In this document: positions 30,725 to 40,033 of the stretch, one piece after another
How positions within the stretch are numbered: the first letter of the stretch is position 1
Layout: each line of letters starts with the position of its first letter
Origin: an uncultured bacterium
Lineage (GTDB): Bacteria; Zhuqueibacterota; QNDG01; DTFT01
Assembly: GCA_963736115.1 (NCBI GenBank)
Contig: CAVTNR010000005.1
Span: 1 to 64,000, forward strand
Direction of reading: 5' to 3'
DNA length: 64,000 nt
The notes under the pieces: generated by a model
The model's input: only the letters and a program-made list of their open reading frames with translations
Told to the model about the DNA's origin: nothing
Database searches by the model: none
Program-made: the position numbers and the translations under genes

Positions 30725-32997
30725 AATCGGAACCTCCGGCCGCGGATCAGGGCCGCGGCACTGAGCAGAGCCGCAAGCCCGGCGGCGATAAAAACAGCGG
30801 CCGGCAGTCCGGGTTTCGCTCCGGATGCGTAAGAATGCATGCCGGACAGGTACAGATTCACTCCCAGATAGGTCATCAGCACCGAGCCGAAGGCCCACAG
30901 CGCGCCGGCATTGAACGCAGCCGGTCCCCGGAGGCCGGGAACGAGCCTGAAATGGAGAACCGCGGCATAAAACAGAATCGTGACGAGCGTCCAGGTCTCC
31001 TTCGGATCCCAGCCCCAGTACCGGCCCCAGCTTTCATTCGCCCAAACGGCGCCCAGAAAATTGCCGATCGTGAGCAGAGTGAGCCCGATGAGGAGACTGC
31101 GTTCGGTGATCGCCGTCTGCAGGAGCACGGCACGCCTGACGTTTTCCCCTTTCGACAGCGAAAGAAGCGTCAGACTGAAAAGCGCGAGCACCGCGGCCAC
31201 ACCGAGAAACCCGTAACTGGACGTGATGACCGAAACATGGATGATCAGCCAGACGGATTTCAGCACAGGCGCAAGCGTGGTGATTTTCGGATCCATTGCG
31301 GCCGCATGCGCGGCATTCAGGAATAATCCGGCGAGTATTCCGGACGCGGCCAAAGGGATGCGGCTTCGGAAGCCCAGAACGGTTCCGGCCAGCAGGGCCG
31401 ACCAGGCGATGAACACCATGGTTTCGTACCGGTTGGTCCACGGCGCGTGCCCGGACACGAACGCTCGCAATCCGAGGGCTCCGGTCTGCGCCGCGAAGCA
31501 GGCCAGGAGCAGAACGGTCAGCGCGACCCCGGCGGTTTTCCAGGCGCGGATCGGGCGGATGGATCCGACCATCGACAACACCAGAAGCGCGAATCCCGCC
31601 CAGAAGACGACCGGCGCCAGACGGGCAAAAACGTTGAGTCTGTTGTGGAGAACCTCCATTTTCAGCCTGCCGCTTCCGGGATAAGCCCGGCCGGAATGGG
31701 AGACCTGGAAAGATTCCAGCGCGGCCAGCAGGGAGTCCGCCCGGTTCCGGTCGGAACGCAGGCCGGCTTCGCGCATGGCGCCGGCCCATTCGACCGCGAA
31801 CGCGGAAGCGGGTTCGTAGCCGGCTTTCAGACGTTTCTCCGCGGCTTCCACGGTCACCCATCGGCCCGCAGGATCGCCCGGAACCGGAAAAATCCGGTAA
31901 CCCGCGGCCGCGTTGAAATCCGGCGAGAATCCGGCGTGAAACACCGTGTCCGGCCGGACAAAGAGGACGAATGCGAGCCGGTCCGCGTCCCCGCGTCCGT
32001 ATTTTCTGAAACCCGGTTCGGACCGCATCCATTCGAGCGTCATGGACTGAATCGGTTTGACGCGTCCCTGATTGTCCTGAACAGCCAGCCGGCCGAAGCG
32101 TTTTTCAACGGCGGATTGCGGCACGGGGCGGCCACTGAAAGCGGCCGCGTCCGCTGAAGCGTCGGCCGGCCGTGCGGCGCCCGGCGCCGTCAGCAGAAAC
32201 AGCAGAATCAGTCCTGCCCCCGAAGATTGGCGGACCGCGCGGCCCAGACTGCGGAACCGTCCTTCAGGCGCGAACAAACCGGCCAGCAGGAACAAACCGA
32301 GCAGGACGTACCCGGCATAGGTCGGAAGCATGCCCGGATCGCGGGACACGGTCAGGATGGTTCCCATTTCGTCGTCGTCGTACGAGGACTGATAGAACCG
32401 GTATCCGCGATGACGCAGAATGTGGTTCATGAAAATGGAGTACGGTTTCTCCGTCCCCTTCTCCGAATCGATGACGGTCACATCGCTTGTGAAACCGGAC
32501 GGCTTCATGGACCCGGGGTAGCGGTCCACCCGGAAATCCTCCAGCCGCAGGCTGAATGGAAGCCGGACCGGTTGAGACGTCTTCTCTGAAATCACGGTTT
32601 CGGACGCTTCCCCCTCGCGGATGTTCATGGATCCGGAGAATCCGAGATGGCGTGTGACAGCCGCGCCGATCAAAATGAACAGAAAAGCCAGGTGAAAGAG
32701 AAAGACCGTCCTTTTGCCTTTGCGCCACAAGCGGAGCCGGATCAGGTTCGCGGCCAGATTCAGCCCGATGAGGACGAGGAGGATTTCGAACCACGCGGCA
32801 TTGTAAACCAGGGATCGGGCCGCTTCAGTCCCGCTCCGCGCTTCGATAAATGTGGCGGCCGCGATGGACACGGCGAAAATCAGGGCCATGACGAGCGCCG
32901 CAGGGATCGAGAATAGAGTGTTCGGGATGAATCGCAGGATGCGGGCGACAACGGGGACGGGGGCCTGGGCCGGTTTCGGTTCTGGCATGTCTGTCAT
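30721..32997 (-). CDS. ccsA: Fused cytochrome c biogenesis protein CcsBA (ResB+CcsA, system II)
   Basis: ResB-like N-terminal part; WANESWGRYWGWDPKETW (WWD domain); SGMHSYA. Confidence 0.92.
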   Translation of the reverse strand: MTDMPEPKPAQAPVPVVARILRFIPNTLFSIPAALVMALIFAVSIAAATFIEARSGTEAARSLVYNAAWFEILLVLIGLNLAANLIRLRLWRKGKRTVFLFHLAFLFILIGAAVTRHLGFSGSMNIREGEASETVISEKTSQPVRLPFSLRLEDFRVDRYPGSMKPSGFTSDVTVIDSEKGTEKPYSIFMNHILRHRGYRFYQSSYDDDEMGTILTVSRDPGMLPTYAGYVLLGLFLLAGLFAPEGRFRSLGRAVRQSSGAGLILLFLLTAPGAARPADASADAAAFSGRPVPQSAVEKRFGRLAVQDNQGRVKPIQSMTLEWMRSEPGFRKYGRGDADRLAFVLFVRPDTVFHAGFSPDFNAAAGYRIFPVPGDPAGRWVTVEAAEKRLKAGYEPASAFAVEWAGAMREAGLRSDRNRADSLLAALESFQVSHSGRAYPGSGRLKMEVLHNRLNVFARLAPVVFWAGFALLVLSMVGSIRPIRAWKTAGVALTVLLLACFAAQTGALGLRAFVSGHAPWTNRYETMVFIAWSALLAGTVLGFRSRIPLAASGILAGLFLNAAHAAAMDPKITTLAPVLKSVWLIIHVSVITSSYGFLGVAAVLALFSLTLLSLSKGENVRRAVLLQTAITERSLLIGLTLLTIGNFLGAVWANESWGRYWGWDPKETWTLVTILFYAAVLHFRLVPGLRGPAAFNAGALWAFGSVLMTYLGVNLYLSGMHSYASGAKPGLPAAVFIAAGLAALLSAAALIRGRRFRL

Positions 32998-33144
32998 TCG
33001 GGATTCTCCGGGGATGGAAGGTCGGTGCGCACGGCAGTATTGCGCAATGATGCAAAGGTAATCATTTCAAGGGATTGGGTCAAGGGGCAAAACGAAGCCG
33101 GTGCCGGAGATGCCTGTGCGACGCACTTTCAAAATGCGCCGCAC

Positions 33145-33186
33145 AAAAAAAGACGGGAACCTTCCGGAAAAAGATTCTCGTCTTTT
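33145..33186 (-). terminator. Intrinsic terminator after the sigma factor gene
   Basis: AAAAAAAGACGGGAA...TTCTCGTCTTTT. Confidence 0.55.
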
Positions 33187-33214
33187 GGATACTCCATGAT
33201 CCGGTGGTCCTCTT

Positions 33215-34063
33215 TTATCCCAGGTATTGCTGAAGAGCCCCGCTTCTTGAATGCCGGCGGAGTTTCCGCAATCCCTTCTCCTTGATCTGTCTCACCCGCT
33301 CGCGGGTCAGATGGATTTGATTCCCGATTTCCTCCAGATTCATGCTCCGGCCGGCATCCAAACCGAAATACAGCCGGATGACCCGGGCCTCCCGTTCAGT
33401 CAGCGTGTCCAGCGCCTTCCGGATCTCATCCTGGAGCGATTCCACCGCCAGACGGGCGTCCGGAGCGGATTGATGCTCATCCTTGACGACATCCAGCAGG
33501 CACGTTTCGGAATCGTGGCTCATCGGCGCGTCGAGAGAATACTGCTTTCCGGACAGGCTCAGGTGATCGATGACGTCCTGCGGCCCCAATTCCATCTGCT
33601 CGGCGATTTCGAAAATGCTGGGATCCCGGCCGAATTCCTGTTCAAGGACGCCGCAGGCCTTGCTGATGCGGTTCAGCGTCCCGATCCGGTTCAGCGGAAG
33701 CCGGACCACTCTTGAATGCTCCGCCAGGGCCTGCTGGATCGACTGCCGGATCCACCACACCGCGTACGAGATGAACTTGAAACCCCGGGTCTCGTCGAAC
33801 CGCCTTGCGGCTTTGATCAGGCCGACATTGCCCTCATTGATGAGGTCGGCGAAGGACAGCCCCCTGTTCTGGTATTGCTTGGTGACGCTCACGACGAAAC
33901 GGAGATTGGCCGTGGTCAGCTTCTCAAGCGCCTGCTCGTCTCCCTGCCGGATCCGCCGGGCCAGCTGAATTTCCTCCTCGGCTGACAACAGGGCGACATT
34001 CCCGATCTCCTGGAGGTATAAATCGAGGGATGAATTGGCTCTGCTCTGTCGGCTCTTTATCAT
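33215..34063 (-). CDS. RNA polymerase sigma70 factor, RpoD/SigA family lacking region 1.1
   Basis: ANLRFVVSV, DLINEGNVGL, KFISYAVWWIRQSI, TRERVRQI. Confidence 0.95.
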   Translation of the reverse strand: MIKSRQSRANSSLDLYLQEIGNVALLSAEEEIQLARRIRQGDEQALEKLTTANLRFVVSVTKQYQNRGLSFADLINEGNVGLIKAARRFDETRGFKFISYAVWWIRQSIQQALAEHSRVVRLPLNRIGTLNRISKACGVLEQEFGRDPSIFEIAEQMELGPQDVIDHLSLSGKQYSLDAPMSHDSETCLLDVVKDEHQSAPDARLAVESLQDEIRKALDTLTEREARVIRLYFGLDAGRSMNLEEIGNQIHLTRERVRQIKEKGLRKLRRHSRSGALQQYLG

Positions 34064-34104
34064 ATAAAGGGACCCGCTCCTCTCGGTGGCTGTTCGTTCA
34101 GGCG

Positions 34105-34413
34105 CTAAACCATCACCACGGAATTTTCACATGCGCCATAGGAGGAATGCACATATTTGTCCGCCTGAAAGTCATTCTGCCATTTCTGACCGTCGATCAG
34201 GTATCGATACTGATATTCCCTGCCCGCTTTTAATTCGACGACGACCTTGAGTGATCCGTCTCTGGACTTTTTAAGAGGCGTGCTCCGTTCCTGCCAGTCG
34301 TTGAACTCACCGACCAAATGGACGCTCTTTCCGATGGGCGCTGTTTCTTTCGGGATGCTGAATGTGACACTGCAGGCATTACTGTCTTTCGCGTACTTTT
34401 TGAACAATCCCAC
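34105..34413 (-). CDS. Isoamylase early-set (CBM48) domain protein
   Basis: VHLVGEFNDW, YQYRYLIDGQKWQND, ENSV. Confidence 0.88.
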   Translation of the reverse strand: MGLFKKYAKDSNACSVTFSIPKETAPIGKSVHLVGEFNDWQERSTPLKKSRDGSLKVVVELKAGREYQYRYLIDGQKWQNDFQADKYVHSSYGACENSVVMV

Positions 34414-34504
34414 TGGATTCTCCGTTCGGTGACTGGATGCGGGTGATCGATGAGATGGTTAGATTAAAACAGGTTCGAAGGGGAGAGACATGATTTCGGC
34501 ATTT

Positions 34505-34533
34505 AATATACGATATTATTTTCAATAAGTCAA
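34505..34533 (-). promoter_or_regulatory. Sigma70-type promoter upstream of the CBM48 and sigma genes
   Basis: TTGACT-17 nt-TATATT on the minus strand in AT-rich DNA. Confidence 0.6.
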
Positions 34534-34702
34534 TTAATTTTAATTATTTATTATCTCGCCCGACAGCCTCTGCGGAATGATGGGGACCCTGTACCCCCGT
34601 CACAAACAGCTCTTTTCAAATAAAAAACCCGGCCTCAATATCCGGGTTTTCTTCATCCCAAAGGGGATTGAGATCCGAAGGGCGGAGGTCCTGTCGACGG
34701 GC

Positions 34703-36355
34703 TTATTTCATCATCCCCTTCTCCAGTGCTTCAATGCGCTTTCCCTGCTCTTTCACCACGGCCAGGAGCAGACCGATGCAGTCGCCGGTCGCCATGCTGT
34801 TCCGGTCCTTTCCGGAAAGGATCCCCGGCGTGTCCTCCGCAATGAATCCGACATGGAAAGGCGCATCGGAATTCTCTGCCACTTCGGTCTTGAATCGATA
34901 CTTGACGATCTGAACGTCTGATAGAATAGCCTGAACATCCAGATCATTGGGGGCGATGTCCTGCTTGAGCTGGCGCGACGATCCGTTATGCCACTCGTGA
35001 TCGGTTGCGCTGTAAAATCCTCCGACTCCGTCCGCTTCCATATCGAGCAGGTAGTCGGGTGTCGGGTCGCCGATACCCACATTCCCTGTGCCTTCAATGG
35101 TGACCAGATCACTGAAATCCCAAATGCTAAAACTGATTCGGCCTTTCTTGTCCGTCGCAGAGGGGATGAAATACATGTTTCCCGATTCATTCCTCGAACA
35201 TTACCTGCCGAAGATAATGCCCGAAGTATGGACGCCGTCGGCCGCGTTCGGGGCGATGATATCCAGCATCTCATTCCAATCGGTTGTACTTTCATTCTGA
35301 ACGGTCAACAGCGCATTGGGCGTGGCCGTTCCGACGCCCACTTTACCGTTCTTGAGTACGGTCACGGCATTGGTTTTGGGAGGCCCCTCATCCGCACCGA
35401 TACCGATTTCAAATATAGGATCGCTGGAAACCCAGCTATCGGCCGTACCGCCTCCAACATTACCCTGCCCGATTGCCATGGATGCCCAGGATCCGGCCGT
35501 GGTGCTTCTGCCCATTGCAGTCGAAAAAACACCGCTGGCCGTGGTGCCACACCCGATTGCTGTGGAGGAATAATGGCTGGCAACGGTATTCACACCCATG
35601 GCCGTGGACTCATCACCGCTGGCGATGGTGGAATTGCCCATGGCTGTGGAGGAACGGCCGTTGGCAGCGGTGCTCGAACCCAGGGCCGTGGAATTATCGC
35701 CGCTGGCCGAGGTGAAAGCACCCATGGCCGTGGAAGCCGCGCCGCTCGCGGTGTTGGAACTACCCATCGCCGTGGAAGACGCGCCGCTGGCGGTGTTGGA
35801 ACGACCCATCGCCGTGGAGCCCTCGCCGCTTGCCGTGGTACTCTTTCCCGTGGCCGTGGAATAAGCTCCGACATTGGCTTCATTCCATTGATCTCCACCG
35901 ACATATCCCGCCCTGAAAGCGGCCTTCTTCGGGTACCAGATCAGACGTGTTCCCACACTCGATGTGGTAAGCGTGGTGTCCGTTCCGAACATCCCTTTTG
36001 CGATGATACCTCCACCGTTCAGACTCAGGTTGAACTCCGGAGCGGAGGTGCCGATGCCCACCTTATCCCATGATGTTGTGGTATGGATAGATCCGCCACC
36101 GTCCGTCCACCCGCCGGCGCTTCCTGCGGTGCCCAGCGCGCTGCCGTTCCAGAACAGGGAACCGCTCACGTTGTAGAGTTTGTTGGCCGTGGCCGCGGGC
36201 GTGAAACCGGCCGGCAGGGTGATGGACCCGACCGTTCCTTCATCGTTCACCTCCATGAGAATGTTGGAGTCGCTGTCTTCGACCGTCATCTTCTGGGCAA
36301 ATCCGCTCCCGTACAGGAACAGAAAAAACGCGCAAAAGAACAATCGTCTTTTCAT
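34703..36355 (-). pseudogene. Tail-fibre/adhesin-like exported protein (YadA-head-like repeats plus peptidase S74 chaperone) interrupted by an in-frame TAA at 35203-35201
   Basis: Signal peptide MKRRLFF; KVGIGT motifs; 14-aa STAMG repeats; SSRQLK...GFIAE...EQGKRIEALE S74 tail. ORFs 35201-36586 and 34703-35176 are in the same frame. Confidence 0.75.
35470..35870 (-). repeat. Coding tandem repeat, about 42 nt (14-aa STAMGxxTxASGxx)
   Basis: About nine imperfect units in the translation. Confidence 0.85.
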
Positions 36356-36543
36356 CGCAAACCTCACGCGGCGGACGATCAGGAAAGAAAGATTACAAGG
36401 CAAAGACCCTTCCCGGAGAATCCCGCGTTCCGGTTCAGGAGAGAAAGAGGAGGAAAAAGAGGATGGAAAGGGCCCTAATATACTGGAAAAGTATGCAATC
36501 GCACGAAGGGAAACAAGCGGATAATTGTGGATGTCCATGTAAT

Positions 36544-36573
36544 AAAAAAGCCCGGAAATGACTCCGGGCTTTT
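36544..36573 (-). terminator. Intrinsic terminator after tRNA-Glu
   Basis: AAAAAAGCCCGGA-aatgac-TCCGGGCTTTT. Confidence 0.75.
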
Positions 36574-36577
36574 GAAG

Positions 36578-36650
36578 CGTCCCCATGGGGATTCGAACCC
36601 CAGTTACAAGATCGAAAATCTTGAGTCCTAGGCCTCTAGACGATGGGGAC
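36578..36650 (-). tRNA. tRNA-Glu (TTC)
   Basis: GTCCCCA/TGGGGAC acceptor stem, CAAGA-ttTTCga-TCTTG anticodon arm, GTTCGAATC T-loop; CCA not encoded. Confidence 0.95.
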
Positions 36651-36697
36651 GGGTGTTTTCGAGGTTGTCAAAGACGGCTCTGAACGGGCCGGCCGTT

Positions 36698-36774
36698 TGG
36701 GTGAGTAACGGGACTCGAACCCGCGACCTTCAGGGCCACAACCTGACGCTCTAACCAACTGAGCTATACCCACC
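36698..36774 (-). tRNA. tRNA-His (GTG)
   Basis: G-1 GTGGGTA/TACTCAC, TCAGG-ttGTGgc-CCTGA, GTTCGAG. Confidence 0.95.
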
Positions 36775-36790
36775 ATGAACAAAGCCGTAT

Positions 36791-36819
36791 AATTTAAGAA
36801 AATGACTTACGGAAATCAA
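36791..36819 (-). promoter_or_regulatory. Promoter of the tRNA-His/Glu operon
   Basis: TTGATT-17 nt-TAAATT. Confidence 0.55.
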
Positions 36820-36823
36820 GTAT

Positions 36824-36861
36824 AAAAAACGCTCCGTCCATTTTCCTGGACGGAGCGTTTT
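36824..36861 (-). terminator. Intrinsic terminator after the small membrane protein gene
   Basis: AAAAAACGCTCCGTCCA...TGGACGGAGCGTTTT. Confidence 0.7.
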
Positions 36862-36897
36862 CAAGGAAGTGAAGGAAGTGAAGGTTTCGTGATAGGG

Positions 36898-37107
36898 TCA
36901 GTTGACCAGCGCATGCACCCGGGTGCGGGGGTCTTTGACCGGCTGATAATGGCGCTTGGGGCTTTCCTTTTCCAGGAAATCCAGCCTGGCCTTGTAAATC
37001 CGGTTCTCGTGGATCAACTTGGCCTTGGCGCCGTACGCGAGCACGGCCATTCCGAGCATGCCGAAAAGTCCTCCCGCCAGGAACGAGACAACCAGTAAAA
37101 CCGCCAT
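36898..37107 (-). CDS. Small membrane-anchored hypothetical protein (69 aa)
   Basis: MAVLLVVSFLAGGLFGMLGMAVLAYG hydrophobic helix followed by a coiled segment; own terminator. Confidence 0.65.
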   Translation of the reverse strand: MAVLLVVSFLAGGLFGMLGMAVLAYGAKAKLIHENRIYKARLDFLEKESPKRHYQPVKDPRTRVHALVN

Positions 37108-37386
37108 AACAACCCCCGATTCAGTTTGAAAATGACTCCAGCCGATAATTTCAAAACTGTAACAATTCCCGCCTGAAATTCTACCTATGGTAGGCATATG
37201 CAAATTATGGACCGAAGTTTTCGTGCCTGAAATCGATTGTAACAACGGTAGAAAGCTGAAAATTCTTCTTTTTTACAGCAATTGCTTGGAAGAAATTGCC
37301 TGGTCAACCATGTGTCCAAATTCTAACCTCATATTCTCCCTGGAATGTTGAAAAAATCATTCCAATTCATTAAATTGGACAGACAA

Positions 37387-38595
37387 ATGAAAAAACAGCA
37401 TAAATCATTGATTTTCAACAGAAACTCGGGGAACCGCTTTTCCATCCCGGTTCTTCTCTCCTCCATTGAGAAACGAGGACTTGAAAAGTCATTTTCAGTG
37501 CGGGTTAAAGACGATCTGTGCCCTGATTCTGTGCCGGATGGAGCGATTGTCGCTTTTTCCTTCCAGACTGTGCATCTCCCTGAAGTGCGGGCGGATGTAC
37601 GAAAATTCAGGCAAAAAGCCGGAATCCGGCTCATTGCCGGAGGCCCCCATGCCACGGGTGATCCGGAAAATACGTTGAAACTGGGTTTTGATACGGTTTT
37701 CCAGGGGGACGGGGAAGAAATACTTCCTGATTTTCTGGAGTCTATCGCCGGTTCAGGAAAATGGCCGGAGAAACGGATATTCCGGGCCGACCCTATGGAG
37801 GACCTGGAGCAAAGTCTCCCCTTTTCCGGTATGGATCCGTTCATCCCCCCTATCGAGATCATGCGCGGATGCGGCCAGGCCTGCCGCTTCTGTCAGACCC
37901 GGGGAAGAAAGCCTGTTTTCCGGTCCATGGATTCAGTGCGGCTGTATTTGGAAGAAATCAGGCGCAGACACATGCTGCTCCGTCTGGGTTTCATATGCCC
38001 GGACGGATTCGGTTTTAAACAGGACGGACTGGAAACAGCGGAAACGATTGAAATGCTCCTGGCCGAATCCAAATCCGCCGGAATCCGGTTCCTGGAATAC
38101 GGGATATTCCCCTCAGAGGTGAGGCCGAACCACGTCACCGCCCGCCTCCTGGCCGCGGTCCGCAGGTACTGCTCGAACCGGAAAATAACGGTGGGCGCCC
38201 AGTCCGGCTCCGGGAAAATTCTGCGCCGGGTGTGCCGTGGCCATGGAAAGGAGAGCATCGAGGAAGCGTCTGCCCTGATCCGCGAAGCCGGATTCAAACC
38301 CCAGCTCGATTTCATTATCGGATTCCCGGAGGAAACGGACGAGGACAGGCTGGAAACCGTGGAGTTCATGAGGCGGATGGGCATCCGGTACGGCGCATGG
38401 AACCAGGTGCATTATTTTTTGCCGCTCTCAGGAACCCCTTATTACGGAATGAAGCCTTCGGTGATTTCAGCGTCTACGGTCCGGAAGCTGGACGGACTCG
38501 CTTCAGCGGGCCTGGCGAATGACTGGTGGAAGAAAGGGCTAGTGCTGTCCAGGAAGATTGTGGAGACGCTGGAGGAGATGGAGCAAAATGAATGA
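37387..38595 (+). CDS. B12-binding domain radical SAM protein (TIGR04013-like)
   Basis: IAGGPHATG, GDGEE, EIMRGCGQACRFC, FPSEVRP, GAQSGS. Confidence 0.88.
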   Translation: MKKQHKSLIFNRNSGNRFSIPVLLSSIEKRGLEKSFSVRVKDDLCPDSVPDGAIVAFSFQTVHLPEVRADVRKFRQKAGIRLIAGGPHATGDPENTLKLGFDTVFQGDGEEILPDFLESIAGSGKWPEKRIFRADPMEDLEQSLPFSGMDPFIPPIEIMRGCGQACRFCQTRGRKPVFRSMDSVRLYLEEIRRRHMLLRLGFICPDGFGFKQDGLETAETIEMLLAESKSAGIRFLEYGIFPSEVRPNHVTARLLAAVRRYCSNRKITVGAQSGSGKILRRVCRGHGKESIEEASALIREAGFKPQLDFIIGFPEETDEDRLETVEFMRRMGIRYGAWNQVHYFLPLSGTPYYGMKPSVISASTVRKLDGLASAGLANDWWKKGLVLSRKIVETLEEMEQNE

Positions 38596-38596
38596 T

Positions 38597-38871
38597 CGTT
38601 CCGGGTTCGGAGTGCCGGGTTCCGAGTCGAAACATCCCTGATCACCAACTCGGAACCCGAAACCCTGAACACGGAACCTCAAGCGGGTAGCCGCGACCTT
38701 CAGGTCGCGCCCTTTAACAAGGGAACCTTGAAAGAATAATCGCGGGCTGAAGCCCGGTTGAACGGGATCAATCTATTATTATATGCATATCGTATTGAAG
38801 GCCCGCGGCTACCGAATATTCCGATATCCGATAGCTCTACGACTTCGTCGCGGAGCATTTCGGACCTACAA
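38597..38871. repeat. Composite repeat cluster: inverted heptamer arrays, an interrupted GTAG-REP pair and a REP variant
   Basis: Heptamers at 38597-38680; GTAGCCGCGACCTTCAGGTCGCG (38687) and CGCGGGCTGAAGCCCG...GCCCGCGGCTAC (38741-38812); TCCGATAGC...TCGGACCTACAA (38827-38871). Confidence 0.8.
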
Positions 38872-40023
38872 AGTATATTGCCTTTGATCCGGCTCCGGAA
38901 ATCCCAGTTCCGGAAACCGGCGGTGCAGGCTCTCGGCGAAGCGGAAATCCAGGTCCGCGTTGTCCTCAGGCGCGAATCCCATGACTTTCTCCCACACCGG
39001 CCGCGACTCCATGCAGAAATAAACAAACACGTCATCGGACCTGCGGCGTATCCGTTCCATGACGGACCGGTACAGGGTTGTACGCAGAGGCCGCGGATAT
39101 CGCATCTTTCCATCCAACCCCCGAATCATCTCTCCGGTTCCGATGCGGCTCTTCGGGAACCGCGTCCGGATCACATCTCCGAGCGCCGGCGGATAGCGCA
39201 GACTGCCGAGGCTGATCCAGGCCACGCGGGCCGGATCAACCGCATCGAACAGACGGTCCGTCAACGCCGTGTATTCCCTATCGCAGTCCGGAAAATCGAG
39301 AACGGGATCGAAGTGGAAACCGACGAGGAATCCGGCCTCCGCGCACCGGGCCGCCGCGTCCAGGCGGCGCTCCAGAGGCGCGGCGCCGTGTTCCTCGGCC
39401 GTGACGATGGAGGGCGGATTCACGGACCAGGAGATGACCGCGCGGCGCGATTCAGCTTCGAGCGCGCCGTCCACGTGGACGGTCTTGGTCTTGAGTTCGA
39501 ACAAGGCATTGGACCTGGCCGCGAAGAATTCGATGAACGTCCTGGCCGTGCCGGTCAGATCATCCAGCGCGAGGCTGTCCGCGAGTTCGCCTGTTCCGAT
39601 CCGGAACAGGCGGTGCGGCTTTTCATCCAGAAGGCGGCCGGCCTGTGCGAGCATGTCGTTCGTGTTGACGAAAACGGTCTGGCACGGCGAGTCCAGATAG
39701 GTCTGGAGCACGCAGTACGCGCAGTCCATGGGGCACTGGGACTGGGCGTTCATCACAGTGTACCGGCAGCAGAGATACGGCTCCGCCGTGGCCGGACAGG
39801 GTTCGACGAGGCTGCCGCGGCCGACCGTGAGCCTGAGCACGGCCTTGCCCCGGGTCAGCGGCAGGCGGCTGATCGAACGGCTGAAGGTTTCCCCGTCGGA
39901 CACGGAACGGGCTGTGCCCGGCAGGCGCTCCAGGATATGTTCGGTCAGCGGATAGGAGACCGCTTCCGGATCGATTTCTATCCGGTCGAAGCGGAAAGGG
40001 ATTTCCATTCTCATCAGGGACAT
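38866..40023 (-). CDS. Spore photoproduct lyase (SplB)-like radical SAM protein
   Basis: CPMDCAYC, RIGTGELADSL, ELKTK, SWSVNP, GFHFDP, GLDGKMRY, YFCME. Confidence 0.88.
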   Translation of the reverse strand: MSLMRMEIPFRFDRIEIDPEAVSYPLTEHILERLPGTARSVSDGETFSRSISRLPLTRGKAVLRLTVGRGSLVEPCPATAEPYLCCRYTVMNAQSQCPMDCAYCVLQTYLDSPCQTVFVNTNDMLAQAGRLLDEKPHRLFRIGTGELADSLALDDLTGTARTFIEFFAARSNALFELKTKTVHVDGALEAESRRAVISWSVNPPSIVTAEEHGAAPLERRLDAAARCAEAGFLVGFHFDPVLDFPDCDREYTALTDRLFDAVDPARVAWISLGSLRYPPALGDVIRTRFPKSRIGTGEMIRGLDGKMRYPRPLRTTLYRSVMERIRRRSDDVFVYFCMESRPVWEKVMGFAPEDNADLDFRFAESLHRRFPELGFPEPDQRQYTL

Positions 40024-40033
40024 CGGGCCGCTC

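Noticed and set aside
35201-35203. Selenocysteine/pyrrolysine or genetic-code reassignment at the internal stop
   Set aside because: The codon is TAA, and TAA, TAG and TGA all terminate normal genes in this window.
33215-36650. Prophage or integrative island at tRNA-Glu
   Set aside because: No integrase, no phage structural genes and no duplicated tRNA 3' end found; the fibre gene has a Sec signal peptide.
36862-36884. Short 9-nt tandem repeat AAGGAAGTG
   Set aside because: Only about 2.5 units at one site; no support for a function.
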